A stretch of DNA of 64,000 bases, from the IMG/VR virus record IMGVR_UViG_3300037225_000932, positions 109,352 to 173,351 of that record; one strand, written 5' to 3'. The notes under the pieces were generated by a model. That model was given only the letters and a program-made list of their open reading frames with translations. It was not told the origin of the DNA and made no database searches. Positions 45,801 to 57,114 of the stretch are shown one piece after another (the first letter of the stretch is position 1; every line of letters begins with the position of its first letter). A program made the translations under genes and the position numbers. The stretch is from a virus.

Positions 45801-48800
45801 TTCTAATGTTAACTATCCTCACGATATCTCCAACCTTAAACTTCTTGTTCTTTGTCTTTTTTACTTCCGCTTTTTCTTCTTCTTTAATTTCAGGGTAAGT
45901 AATAGTAAAATTATAGTATTTTGCTAAAGCAGCAAGGATCTCTTTATTGTCCTTAAAGAAACTACTAACAGAATTATCATGGTGTCCAAAATGATCATTC
46001 GTTTTGCCATCTTGCCACAAAAGAGTTAATTGGCATGAATTTGTAAACCGAACAGTCTTTCGCCCACTCCAACTATTCACTCCAATAGAAAGATTATAAT
46101 CTTTAGTGAGTTGTTTAACGAGGGCCTCTTCTAATTCTGTAATGCTGCTGAAATTATATTGAGACCAATCGGGTCCGTCATTGCTCCAAAGACCCTTTTT
46201 TGAAAGACTAGTTACACTAAATTCAGTTATTATGTTTAGATAATAACTAACAACTCCGGTTGCGAAATTTTTCCGTGTGCCAATGTAATACTCGGTAGAC
46301 ATTTTTTATTCTCCTTTTTATTAAATCGCATTAATTTCGTCAAGAGCTTCTTTAGCCAAATTGTTTCCATTATCAGCTAAAATACGAATAATTTCCCTAT
46401 ATGCTTTTGCTGATAAATAGTCTTTTTCAACATAACGAGCAACAGAATTGATCTTTACTTCTTCCAGAACTTTCATTTTACTAGCGAGATTTTTCACAAT
46501 TTCTTCGATTTTAACTTTAATTGGGTCTTTGGGAACAATAACTTCTCTATCACAATCAAAGCCAAAATTAAAATATTTTGCTAAAGCCAAAAAAATTAAC
46601 TATTACTTTTTCTTTTTCTTTTTGTTTTATTACAGGAACATAACCGGTAAAAATTCTCCACGCTTCTTCTAAGGAAGTTGTATAAAAAAGACCATTATGC
46701 TCAATCATCTTGTCTCTGTTTTTATTTTCAGAAATAATTTCTTGTGCTTCTTCTTCACTATTTACTTCTTTAACTAATTGAGGAATACTATTTCTTTCAG
46801 CACGATATACTTTCATTTATATTATCCTTCTAAATAAACAATCTCCCGTCAAGGGAGACTGTTTAATCTTAAAAGTTAAGCAACTTCTTCTATTTCACTA
46901 GCATCTTCTTCAATCTTAGCCTTAACATCATCCAAGCTGAGCCCTGCCGCTTTAATCTTTTCTAAAACAGAAGCCAGAGCATTTTGCTTTACCTGATTAG
47001 CTTGCTGCTGAGCCTTCCATTCACCATAGGTTAAAATGGTAGGAGCAATATGCTCTCTAACAATAACCTCAACTCCACCTTTAACTTCCTTACTTAAATC
47101 TTCCTTGACCTTTTCAGCATCTTCTTTAGTAGCAATTACTACCTGGATGATACCTGGCCCCGCGTGACCCTTGCGAGCGCAGACTTCAAACGAGTTTGCC
47201 ATTTTAATTCCCTTTCCTACTTCTTTCTCAAGAGTAATTTCCTGAGAGGATTTTGCTTCAACAGGCACAAAAAAGACAAGACTTCCGTTCTCAGGTCCAT
47301 CACCAAACATATTAGCAGTAAACACTTCAGCGTTCATAACCCTTTCCTTATAGTGAACTTCTTATTGTTAGTCCACTACTTTAGAACTTTATACTATTTT
47401 TCAGGGCAGAAAATTATAAGTCTTTTATCAACTTCTTAACTTCGTCAATAACCCTAGTAGCTTTTTTATTACCCTTGTTTGACAAATTCTGTAAGACCCG
47501 TTCAAAAGCTGAAGAGATTAAGAGTGCGCGATCTATGTGTCTTTCATAATTGGTAATTAGTTTCGACTTTTTGATCTCTTCCCATTTCATTTTTAGGTCT
47601 TTAATAATAACGTCAATCTCTTCTTTCTTGTCTTGAATTGTGATTGTCTTTTCGGCAATCTTTTCAATTTTAATGATTAGCTTAAAATCAAAAAAATCAG
47701 CAAGAGCAACTAACATTTCTCTGTTATTATTAAAATGACCCTCATTTTGAGCCTTTTTGTTTACATCAAATACGGTCTTGTTTAGTGTCCCATTCTTCCA
47801 TAAATATCGTTCATTAGGAACCTGAGAGCAAGAAATATATTTTTTACTAAAAATACTACCAATTCTAAAATGGCCTAATTCTATAAAACAGTTTAATAAA
47901 GCATTTTCGGCTTCTTTATATGTGTCAAAATAATAATGATCAATAATACTAGTAGTATGTGAAAAATATCCTGAACTTTTATTTAAGAATAGAGTATAAA
48001 AGTCGTTTTTAATATTAAGTGAAACAGAGTATTGTTTTCTCCAATTATCAAAAGCAATTTTATATGTTTTCATCTTATATTCTCCTTTTTTAGTGTTATA
48101 TTTTCAGGGTAAAAATTACCTTATTAGTTTCACCATTTCTTCAATAACTTTAGCAGCCTTTTTATTTCCTTCATCTGCTAAAAGTTGTAAAACTTGTGCA
48201 TAAGTGTTTGCTAGAATATAATTTTTGTTGCCCCAAGAAAAACATGAGCCATTATTATTTGCTGTAAAAGCATTTTTCCATTCCACTTTGGCCTGTTCAA
48301 TAATCCTATCTATTTTATCAGTTTCTTTGGTTGAATTATCACAACCTTCAAACTTAATCTCAAACTTACCATATTTCGCAAGAGCAAAAAGGATCTCAGT
48401 CTTACTCTTAAACCATCCATCTTTTTTATCATAAAAAGTCTGACCGTGAAGTTCTCCATTTTTCCACAGAAAAATATTTCTCGTATTAGGCCGAATATCA
48501 TAAACATAATATCCTTTTACGGAAGAAACATTAACGAAGCTAACTTTTAAATCCTTACAGAGAGTTTCTAACAAACACTTTTCTGCTTCTTCGTAAGTTC
48601 CAAAATACCCACCAAGTCCCCAATCTCCATTGAAATATAAATAATCCCAGTCTTGACCTTGTTTCCTCTTTTCAACCTCCCACTTTTTGTAGTTGACAGA
48701 AACCGAACGCTGGTTTTGACGAAAAACATAACAAATTGTGTTTTCAGTTTCTTTCTTTGGTTCTGAAACGGGAACTACATTAAGAGTAAACGAATGTCTT

Positions 48801-49165
48801 TTAGATAAAGCTTCAAGAACTTCCAAATCATCATTAAAAAGTCCATTACGACTGACACCAAAAACCAATTCAACACTATTTTGACGAGACCCGTCTTTCC
48901 ATAAATATTGCTTAAGACTTTCATAATGAATATAACGTTCATTTCCCCAGCCCGAATAACCTACCTTAAAACGATCGGTAATAGAGAAGTTTTTCACTAA
49001 AGAATTAGCTGCACTTTCGGCAGTCTCAAAATAAGAATTAGGGTAATCATACCAGGTGCTTCCACTAACTGTCAAATAAAAAACAGAATGTCCATTAGTC
49101 CCTTCTATATACCATTTTCCATAATTCGGCAGTTTAGTGTCTTGTTTAATAGTATAAGTTTCCAT
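42894..49165 (-). other. array of diverged paralogous hypothetical genes (42894, 43558, 44294, 45430, 46321, 47414, 48116)
   Basis: Shared LWKxG..F....E.L.ALA..Y.F repeat and two C-terminal helical domain types (..LA..GNK.A..V; GLIFKAK). Confidence 0.7.
46876..47337 (-). CDS. distant GRG-family member 4
   Basis: RKGHAGPGIIQVVIAT core followed by a helical tail like the other members. Confidence 0.5.
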   Translation of the reverse strand: MNAEVFTANMFGDGPENGSLVFFVPVEAKSSQEITLEKEVGKGIKMANSFEVCARKGHAGPGIIQVVIATKEDAEKVKEDLSKEVKGGVEVIVREHIAPTILTYGEWKAQQQANQVKQNALASVLEKIKAAGLSLDDVKAKIEEDASEIEEVA

Positions 49166-49982
49166 ATCTTCATATCCTTTCTTTATTTTTATTAGAAAAT
49201 TAAATTATTTTTTCAGGGCAAAAAATTAGCACATGGGCCGTAAACCGAGATTAGTATATCACAAAACTCTTTATCTTGATAGTCAAGCTGATTATACCAC
49301 TTTATAGCAGTCGTTATTTTATCTTGTCTTTTTTGTTCTTCTTTTTCTTGTTCTGAATATATAATTTTAGCATCAGAAAAAAGAGACATAACAAGAACAA
49401 AATGATACGCTTCTTGATCTTCATAAACTAATATAGTGGGATATTTATTGCTAATAATACTATCTATGAATGCTGCCGCTTTTAATAGTGACATATTTAA
49501 CTTATTTTTCGCAGCAGAAATAGCTTGTTTGCGATTATTTATTGACGAAATAAGAATACTTCTCATTCTATATCCCTTTTAGTAGGTTTTTCACCAAAGA
49601 AATAAGAACATAAAACAAAAATACCACTACAAATAAAACACAAAACAAACTCATTAAACTTATTTCCACCAGCAAAATCTTCACCAGCCTTAAAAACTCC
49701 CCAAACACCAAAAAGACAAGCAACAAAAGCGTATAAGACACTTAAAATTGAATGTGCTGATTTCATTTCTTATTCCTCATTTTTTTCTTTTTCTTTTTCT
49801 TTAGTGTCACAATAATCGACAAGCATGAGGGCTAAACCATAAATACCAATTCCAAGACAGATAGCGACTGCTTCCATAGCATTATACATGCTTTTTTCTG
49901 GACTTTCAAAATTAGGCAGCAAGAGCTACGAAAGCAATAAAAACCAGATAAACAATAGATAAAACAACAATAGTCCAAAGTT

Positions 49983-50420
49983 TCATTTTAATTCTTCTCT
50001 AATTTTCATAAGTAATTTGCCAAGCAAATTTTTGCCTTTAGGATTACCTGTCGGACAACATCCCCAAGTATTATCATCCCAATCATTTCCTTCTTCCAAA
50101 TACGCATCTCTGGTATCTAAGAGTTTTTTCTTTAATACTGGATCTTTAAACTTTTCTCTTAAAAGAACTTCCATTACAATTTCTTTAATTAGTTCCCAGT
50201 CAGGTCGGCATTGTCCTAAAATCTTTCCATAAAACTTTGCTTTTCCGCAAGTTTTAGCAGTTCTAATCTTTTCTTTTAGTGTTGGATCATCGAATTTCGC
50301 TGACTGATAAGCATGTTCAGTGGAAGGATATTCAAGTCCATCATAAATAACAGAGTGCATATAGAAATTAGAAAGAAATCTATATGGTCCGTTAAAAGAG
50401 TTAATTGGGCTACCTTTCAT
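49983..50420 (-). CDS. NADAR (YbiA-like) family protein
   Basis: FLSNFY, YPSTEHAYQSAKF, KF..P.LK..LL.T, WG, GKNLLGKLLMKIR. Confidence 0.92.
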   Translation of the reverse strand: MKGSPINSFNGPYRFLSNFYMHSVIYDGLEYPSTEHAYQSAKFDDPTLKEKIRTAKTCGKAKFYGKILGQCRPDWELIKEIVMEVLLREKFKDPVLKKKLLDTRDAYLEEGNDWDDNTWGCCPTGNPKGKNLLGKLLMKIREELK

Positions 50421-51681
50421 TGCTTTTTTCTTTCATATCTAAAAGAATAGCAAGACAATTAATGTCTTGATATTCTTCTGTGTCTTTAATTTCTGCTAAT
50501 TTTTTACAAAAAAGTACTACAGCAGGAAGACCCCACATTCTTAATTGAGCAGCAACCTTAATACGATTACCATTTAACCAACTTTCAATAAGAACATCAA
50601 GCTTTTTATCGAAAACTTCTTTAGTCGCTTTGGTAAAATTGTAATCCATTTTATTATCCTTTGAGGAAATTAGAACTTAAAATAAAAAATCAGGGTAATA
50701 TTACTCGTCTATTTCAAAAATATTCTTTCCTTTAGGAGTTTCGCTTGCCTTATCTACCCTTTTTAATCGCCAAATAATTTCTTCACTATTAGCATAGTTC
50801 AATAATTCCCAGCTAATAATTAAAACTAAAAATCCTGTAGTCACGTTTCCCTGAAAAATAGAAATAATTCCTATAACAAGCGTAATTAGTCCCAGAAGTC
50901 TATCAAAAACAACATAACACATTTTAATCTCCTTAGTAATAAAAAACCCAATATTCTCCATCTTGCTCAGGACCCCAACCATATCTTAATAGAAGGTCTT
51001 TATCAGAACTTCTTACTTCAAACCCTGATCTCTCAGATATATGAACTTCTAAATAACATCGTGAAGGATGATCTGGTGTTCCATTGGGAAAAGAATTAGG
51101 AACATAGTCAATAGAAAGTTCATCTTCGTATTTAGAGAGAATAGTTAGACCAAAATAAACTTTAGTAAAAGTATCCATAATTATTCGTCCTTATCAAAAA
51201 GATCTATTAACTGGATCGTGTTCAATAGATTTTTATGGTTGAACCATATCTAAACTAAGAAACTTATGATCGGCACCTTGAGGTTTTACTTCTTCTCCCA
51301 TTTCATCTTCATAGCTGATAGTATTTCCGGCAATAAAATCCTGTCGAACAAATTTGCCAATTTCAGTATCAAAATCTTGAATAACAAAGCCAAGAATAAT
51401 CTTCTTAACGATCATTAGATATCTCCAGTTATTTCTATTATAACTTAAAAGAAAAAATCAGGGAAAAAGAATTACTTTTTATTCATTTTTTTTGCAATAT
51501 CTTCAATTTCAGCGAGACACATTAAAACGCTGCCAAGAATAAGAAAAAGCAATCCATTAGAAACTTGTCCTTTAAGGGCGAGAATAAATCCAAAAACATT
51601 AGAACATAAACCTAAAATCATTGTTGGCATTTTATTTTTCCTTTTATTTTTGCGCTAAAAATTAAAGTAATGACATTTCTT

Positions 51682-51870
51682 CAAATTCGCCTACCGTATT
51701 CATGAGCTACCAATAAAATAAATCTTATTAGATTACTGACTCAACGAGATTACTTGCTCTCACACCATTGATCCTTTTTAAGAGATCAATAATGTGAGTA
51801 GTAGAGGTATTTCTCTCCTCAGTCTTTAATTCCCTGCGTTCCACAGGTATTTTCTTACTATTTAATCCTT
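51682..51870 (-). ncRNA. TnpB omega-RNA scaffold (ending ..GTAGCTCAT at 51702) plus ~20-nt guide 51701-51682
   Basis: Overlaps the tnpB 3' end; terminal hairpin CTAATAAGAT/ATTTTATTGG then TAGCTCAT, resembling an IS605/IS607 right end; 5' limit approximate. Confidence 0.65.
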
Positions 51871-53081
51871 CTAATTCTATATTTTTAGCAGCGTGAATAT
51901 CACGATCTTCTTTATATCCACACTTACACTCATAAACTCTATCTTTTAGTTCTAATTTGTTTTTAATACCACACTTAGGACACAATTGAGTAGAAGGAAA
52001 AAATTTGTTTACTTCGATTGGTGTATGAGATTTATTTTTAAGATTTCTGATAATTCCACCAAGACTTGTGTTTTGAATTTTCTTTCCGTGATTTACTTTC
52101 CAAGCATTCAAGCTTTCATCTTGAAAACAAATATACTTAAAGTTATTAGTTAAAACATTTACTATTTTGTTTCTTATGTCTTTCTTTTTATTATTTAGTT
52201 TTAAGTATTCTTTTTCTCTTTTTAGTTTATCTTTGAATTTATTATTAGATTTCTTTCGATTTTTCTTCATTATTTTTCTATCTAATCGTTTTAATTTTTT
52301 AGAAACAGGTATTTGGTATTCTATTTTTATACCATTAGAAAGAGTAAGTTGAGTAGAACAACCAAAATCTATACCAATAGATTTATCAGGAATTGTCTTT
52401 TCTATTTTATCTCTAAATGTAGTGATATAAAGATAAAAGTCACCACACTTTTTAACTAAAGTAGCATTTGCTAATTCTATATTTTTAGGTATTTGAGATA
52501 ATCCTGATACTTTTAATTTTTGTAAGATACCTTGTATTTTTACTCTTGAGGTATTAAAATCAATCTTATAAGTTATATTTGCCTGTTTTAGAGGAATAGA
52601 ATGTAGAAAACTCTTAAACTTTAGTTTACCTGTTTTTTTCCCTTTTTTCTTTAGTGAACTTAAGACTTTTATGCTTAAAAATACTTTAGCTTTAAGAGAT
52701 TGTTTCATTTGAGAAGAAAGAGCGTTTAACGTTCTATTTTCAAACTTATCAAGAACTTTGACTGGAACTGTTTTTACTTTTGTATCAAGCGTGCTAAGGT
52801 CGTCTGAAGATAAACAAAAATTATAGAAATATCTTGCTTCTTTGAATAATGTATTTAATTTATTTAATGATGTTTTAGAAAGTTTAGATTTAATAATTTT
52901 AAGTTCATAAGACTTACATTTTTGAGTAGAATGTCGTAGTTGCGTTTCGCGTTTTGTGAGTAGTCTATCATTCATTCTAATATATTTACTAAGTAAAAAG
53001 AAGATATCCTTTATTATTTTAAGAAAAATATAATAAAATAATTAAAACAATAACATTTCCTGGAAACATGAGACCGTATTC
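51702..53081 (-). mobile_element. 1380-bp TnpB-only element inserted in the deaminase gene 3' end
   Basis: Gapless diverged duplication 51661-51701 vs 53041-53081; TTTAC immediately 5' of the left junction; no tnpA in the window. Confidence 0.8.
51728..52975 (-). CDS. tnpB: TnpB RNA-guided endonuclease
   Basis: RuvC-I IGIDFG, RuvC-II variant CFQDE, Zn ribbon CPKCG..CKCG, RuvC-III DRDIHAAKNI. Confidence 0.92.
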   Translation of the reverse strand: MNDRLLTKRETQLRHSTQKCKSYELKIIKSKLSKTSLNKLNTLFKEARYFYNFCLSSDDLSTLDTKVKTVPVKVLDKFENRTLNALSSQMKQSLKAKVFLSIKVLSSLKKKGKKTGKLKFKSFLHSIPLKQANITYKIDFNTSRVKIQGILQKLKVSGLSQIPKNIELANATLVKKCGDFYLYITTFRDKIEKTIPDKSIGIDFGCSTQLTLSNGIKIEYQIPVSKKLKRLDRKIMKKNRKKSNNKFKDKLKREKEYLKLNNKKKDIRNKIVNVLTNNFKYICFQDESLNAWKVNHGKKIQNTSLGGIIRNLKNKSHTPIEVNKFFPSTQLCPKCGIKNKLELKDRVYECKCGYKEDRDIHAAKNIELEGLNSKKIPVERRELKTEERNTSTTHIIDLLKRINGVRASNLVESVI

Positions 53082-53452
53082 GTAAACCATACCTCTCTAA
53101 TACCTATGCTTCGCAACCATTTTTGACACAGAATACACGGCATAGATATTCTAATCTCTCCAAAACGATTTAACCGGACATTCACTAAAAAACAATCCTT
53201 AAAACTAATATTTCTATCTTTACAGCGATAAATAGCAGACAACTCAGAATGAATACTATCAAAACGATATCCATTTCTCTTAGCTTGAGGATGAGTTTTG
53301 TGATATTCGTTCCAGCCAACACTAATAATTCTATTTTTCATCATCAAAAAAGAAAAATGAATATTACGAGCATCAGGAACACCAATCAGTTCTTGGCTAA
53401 TATTCAAAACCTTATTTTGAAGTTTAAGAGATATCATTTTAATTACCAACAA
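53042..53452 (-). CDS. CMP/dCMP-type Zn deaminase
   Basis: SIHSELSAI and SMPCILCQ motifs. Confidence 0.8.
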   Translation of the reverse strand: MLVIKMISLKLQNKVLNISQELIGVPDARNIHFSFLMMKNRIISVGWNEYHKTHPQAKRNGYRFDSIHSELSAIYRCKDRNISFKDCFLVNVRLNRFGEIRISMPCILCQKWLRSIGIREVWFTNTVSCFQEMLLF

Positions 53453-54169
53453 ATATCAATTAAAATCTCATCAACACCGGTAATGTCAAATTTCTGTTCT
53501 ATAAACCAAACATCGAACTCAAGACCATAATCTTTAATAAACTTTTCCAGGGTGCCTTTATAGTTATTTGTTTTTACTTGGTCTTTCCAATAATCTTTTA
53601 TTGCTTTCATTCCTTCTTTGTAGGCAGAAACAGTAAACTCAGTTGAAACTTTAAGCAAACAATCATTATGAAAACCGCACCATTCACTTATTACATTCAT
53701 AATACTTTTAGGAAGTTTTATGTATTCAAGAATAAGACAATTTGCTTTTCTAAACATTTTGTTCCTCTTTTGTTTCTTCGTCTTCTCTTTTATCTAATTC
53801 TTTAATGTTTTTATCTAACTTCTTTAATAAACTAATAACTCCCTTATAATCACCAGGTTTCCAGTCGATAAGATCAATTTTAATATCACTATTCATTCCG
53901 TTTGCACTATTTTGAGTAATTCTTAAACCATAATGAAAATTAGCAACAGGAGTTTTTTCATCCCAATCATATTCTGTCGCCTTATGTGTCCAAGCAACAA
54001 TACTAAAACTTAATTGCCCACCTTCAACGGTCTCTAATATAATTTCTTTTGACATTATTGTTCTCCAATAATACTTTATATCTTTAATATATTTTTTCAG
54101 GGCGAAAATAAAAAACCGCCTATTTATTTCTAAATAAGCGGTCCTCACGACCAACCTAACTCTCTCTTA

Positions 54170-54628
54170 TTATAGATATTTTTTGACCTTTTCCCAGTAT
54201 TTTTGTGCATTTTTTGTTGCTTGCTCAGATTGCGTTCCCATTTTTGGACCAGCATTGTGGATACGACTAACAGCTTCCCAATTCTTTTCTTTAATGTATT
54301 TACTCGCATATCTGTTCATATATGCTTTAACTACTTTTAACGAATACTCATAATTATTACAATCAGAATACTTTCCTCCAATACTCCGATCATATTCTAA
54401 AGCATCTTTCCAATATTCTTTGTGAATTTGAAACGGCCCAATAGCAAGTGAACTATCTCCGGGTTTTACGCCAGAAGTTTTTCCACCGGACTCAACCAGG
54501 TGAATAGCGTGAAGACAATCATCATAGGTTTTTGTTTCACTACTAAATGCCGGTTTGACAACATAAAACAAAATTACAAAAAAGACAAAGAGAATAACAA
54601 CCTGCTTTAATGCCGTCTTCATCTTCAT
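54170..54628 (-). CDS. i-type (destabilase-like) lysozyme with N-terminal signal/TM
   Basis: CLHAIHLVESGG, GPFQIHKEYWKDA, YMNRY, RIHNAGP. Confidence 0.75.
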   Translation of the reverse strand: MKMKTALKQVVILFVFFVILFYVVKPAFSSETKTYDDCLHAIHLVESGGKTSGVKPGDSSLAIGPFQIHKEYWKDALEYDRSIGGKYSDCNNYEYSLKVVKAYMNRYASKYIKEKNWEAVSRIHNAGPKMGTQSEQATKNAQKYWEKVKKYL

Positions 54629-54642
54629 TTTCCTTTATTAAA

Positions 54643-54849
54643 GAGAGATAAAACTATAACGGCTGTGTGGTATCAGGTCCAACTTTAATTTATTTTGGGA
54701 ATTATTTGGCGTATCGGGACATACTAAGCCGACCACCATGCGGCACCAGATAATTTATTAGACCCATTTCAATTAGGCGTTGCCAACCAAAAATTAGCGG
54801 AAGATATTCTCGGATTTTCTTCCACAAAGCCATTATAGTTTTATCTCTC
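54643..54849 (-). ncRNA. multibranch RNA closed by a 17-bp perfect inverted repeat, upstream of the lysozyme RBS
   Basis: GAGAGATAAAACTATAA/TTATAGTTTTATCTCTC plus inner stems. Confidence 0.55.
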
Positions 54850-55156
54850 CTTTTTAGTGTTAAACTCTAGTTTAGGGAGCTTAAAACCAGCATTTAAAAG
54901 ATACTTTCTACCAGTATTCATTAAAAGTAAATTGTCAATAGTTTCAATTGTTTTCCACGAACTATGTAGTGTCACGTTTTTATTCAATTTCGCTCTTTCT
55001 AAAAGTTTTGAAAGATGAACTGCTTTTAGAATATTTAGATCGTCAATATCTTTTTGGGAAAATTTGCCAACTCTACTCTGATAAAATCTCTTATCCATAA
55101 ATCATTATCCTTTTTAGATATACATTTAGAACTTTTATCTATTTCTCAGGGGAGTT

Positions 55157-57114
55157 TTATGCTTTAAACTTTTCCAAAAGATAAGCAATTGGTGGAGCAG
55201 AAAACCATTGAACCCATAAATCTTGATTTCCTTGACGATTTTCCCAACCAAACATTTTCGTCCAACGAGCCAAAGTAAAATAGCCATTATTTTCGCAAAG
55301 ATAAAGACCTTCAATCATTTCATCTTTCTTTGGATCAAACTTTTGAAAATCTCCTACAGGTTTAACATCTTCTTGTTTATCAGTATTTTCAAAATAAATA
55401 TCTGGAATTAATTTCTTTTCTTCTTCTAGTTTTTTATCAAAAACTTCATTTATCAACTTCTCTGCTTCATATATGTTGTCAAAATAAATATCATCACCAT
55501 TAAACTCTTTACTTTTACAAAAATCTCCAAGACCTCTAATAAAAATATAATATTTATCAATCATACAACTTTTTTCAATGTTACGATATAACATATTTTT
55601 TAACGCTAAAAGTGCATAGTATTTTTGTGTAACATAGATACTATTTTTAAATTGCTTATCCGTAGGATAAAGAACAAAAGAGTAATTGTCAACCTCTAAA
55701 TATCCTAATCCCGCAATATAAACATAATATAATTTTATTACATCTTTAACAACATACCCAATTTGTCCTTCAAAGTTAAACATTTTAGTCTCCTTTTTAG
55801 TGTCTTCTACAAGTCCGCCAACACTCCATCTTAATCTTGAGTTTCCTCTTGCCTTTACATAAAAAGTATTTCCATTTTTATCAGTGTAAACTTGAACCTC
55901 TTTTCTATTATATTTAGGAAAAAAAGGCTCATCTTTTAACCCTAAAACATATTTGTCAATGTAATAAAATGCTTCCTCTTGATCTACATAATAACCTTTT
56001 CCTGTTGGATTTAAAATGTTGCTGTAAAAGTTTCCGTCTTTATGAAAATATCCAAGAGAAGGAACGTAAATATAAAACTCGCTATCACGATAAATAAGGA
56101 GAGGACGAGTATGATTTTTTAAACAATTTCTAATAGCCAATAGAGCATCAGGTTTATACTGATAATATCTGACATCATGATAATCAACACAACCATCTTC
56201 CCAAACATATCCCATTTGCTGATGATCAATATAAGCGTAATAACTATCAGGTGAATTATATTTAATTAAAGAAAGAAAATCAAACATTTTAGTTTCCTTA
56301 TTTATAGAGTTTTCAAAAAATACACATACTTCACAGTTATTTCTACTTTTTTCCAAGTATTTTTATCAACCTTTCCTTCCCAACCAAAGACCTTGCTAAA
56401 CCGATAAATGTCAAGATCTCCTTCTTCGCAAAAATAAATACCTTCAATAAGATTATTTTTACCAATTTCAAATCTCTTTAATTTCATAACTTTATCATTT
56501 GCTAAATATCTATCAATTGCTCTTTTAGCATCATTTTTGTTTTTGTAGAACCCTGAATTGTCTGATCTAATACAAACATTACAGGTTCCATCGCTATGAA
56601 GATATCCTTCACCTTTAATATGAACGTAATATTGACCAAAAAATGTTGAATGTAAAGGACTTTTAACTTCCTGGATATCTGAATAAAAAACATGTGTTGT
56701 CATTTCTCTCTCTTTTTCTTTATTTTGTGAAAAAATACTATCAATCATTTTCAGTGCTTCTTCATTGTTGTAATAACTATTATAAAAACCATCGGCAAGA
56801 TATTTTGAAGGATAAAACTTTCTATCTTCGCCAAGATATCCAAGAAAAGGAACATAAATAAAACAATTATCATAATTTTCACTAAGTGGACTATGCTTTA
56901 TTGATTTAATAAAAAGCTTTTTAAGAACATCCAATGCTGATGCGGACGTCCAGAAATAACAAAAAATAAGCCGACCATTACTATCTGATGTTGTATTTAA
57001 TTTATTATCTTTTCTAATTTCTCCATCACTATACAAATAGCCATTATCTCCTAAAGGAATATAGCGGGATATCCTATAATTATCATATTTTATTAAAGAC
57101 ATAGGATCAAACAT
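55157..57114 (-). other. two paralogous repeat proteins (55157..56356, 56302..57114)
   Basis: Repeated Y(I/V)Y(V/I)x.LGY..DG motif and shared IEG(L/I)Y.CE C-terminus. Confidence 0.65.

Noticed and set aside
51661-53081. Ordinary target-site duplication around tnpB
   Set aside because: IS200/IS605 and IS607 elements make no TSD; the 41-nt copy is diverged yet preserves frame and protein similarity.
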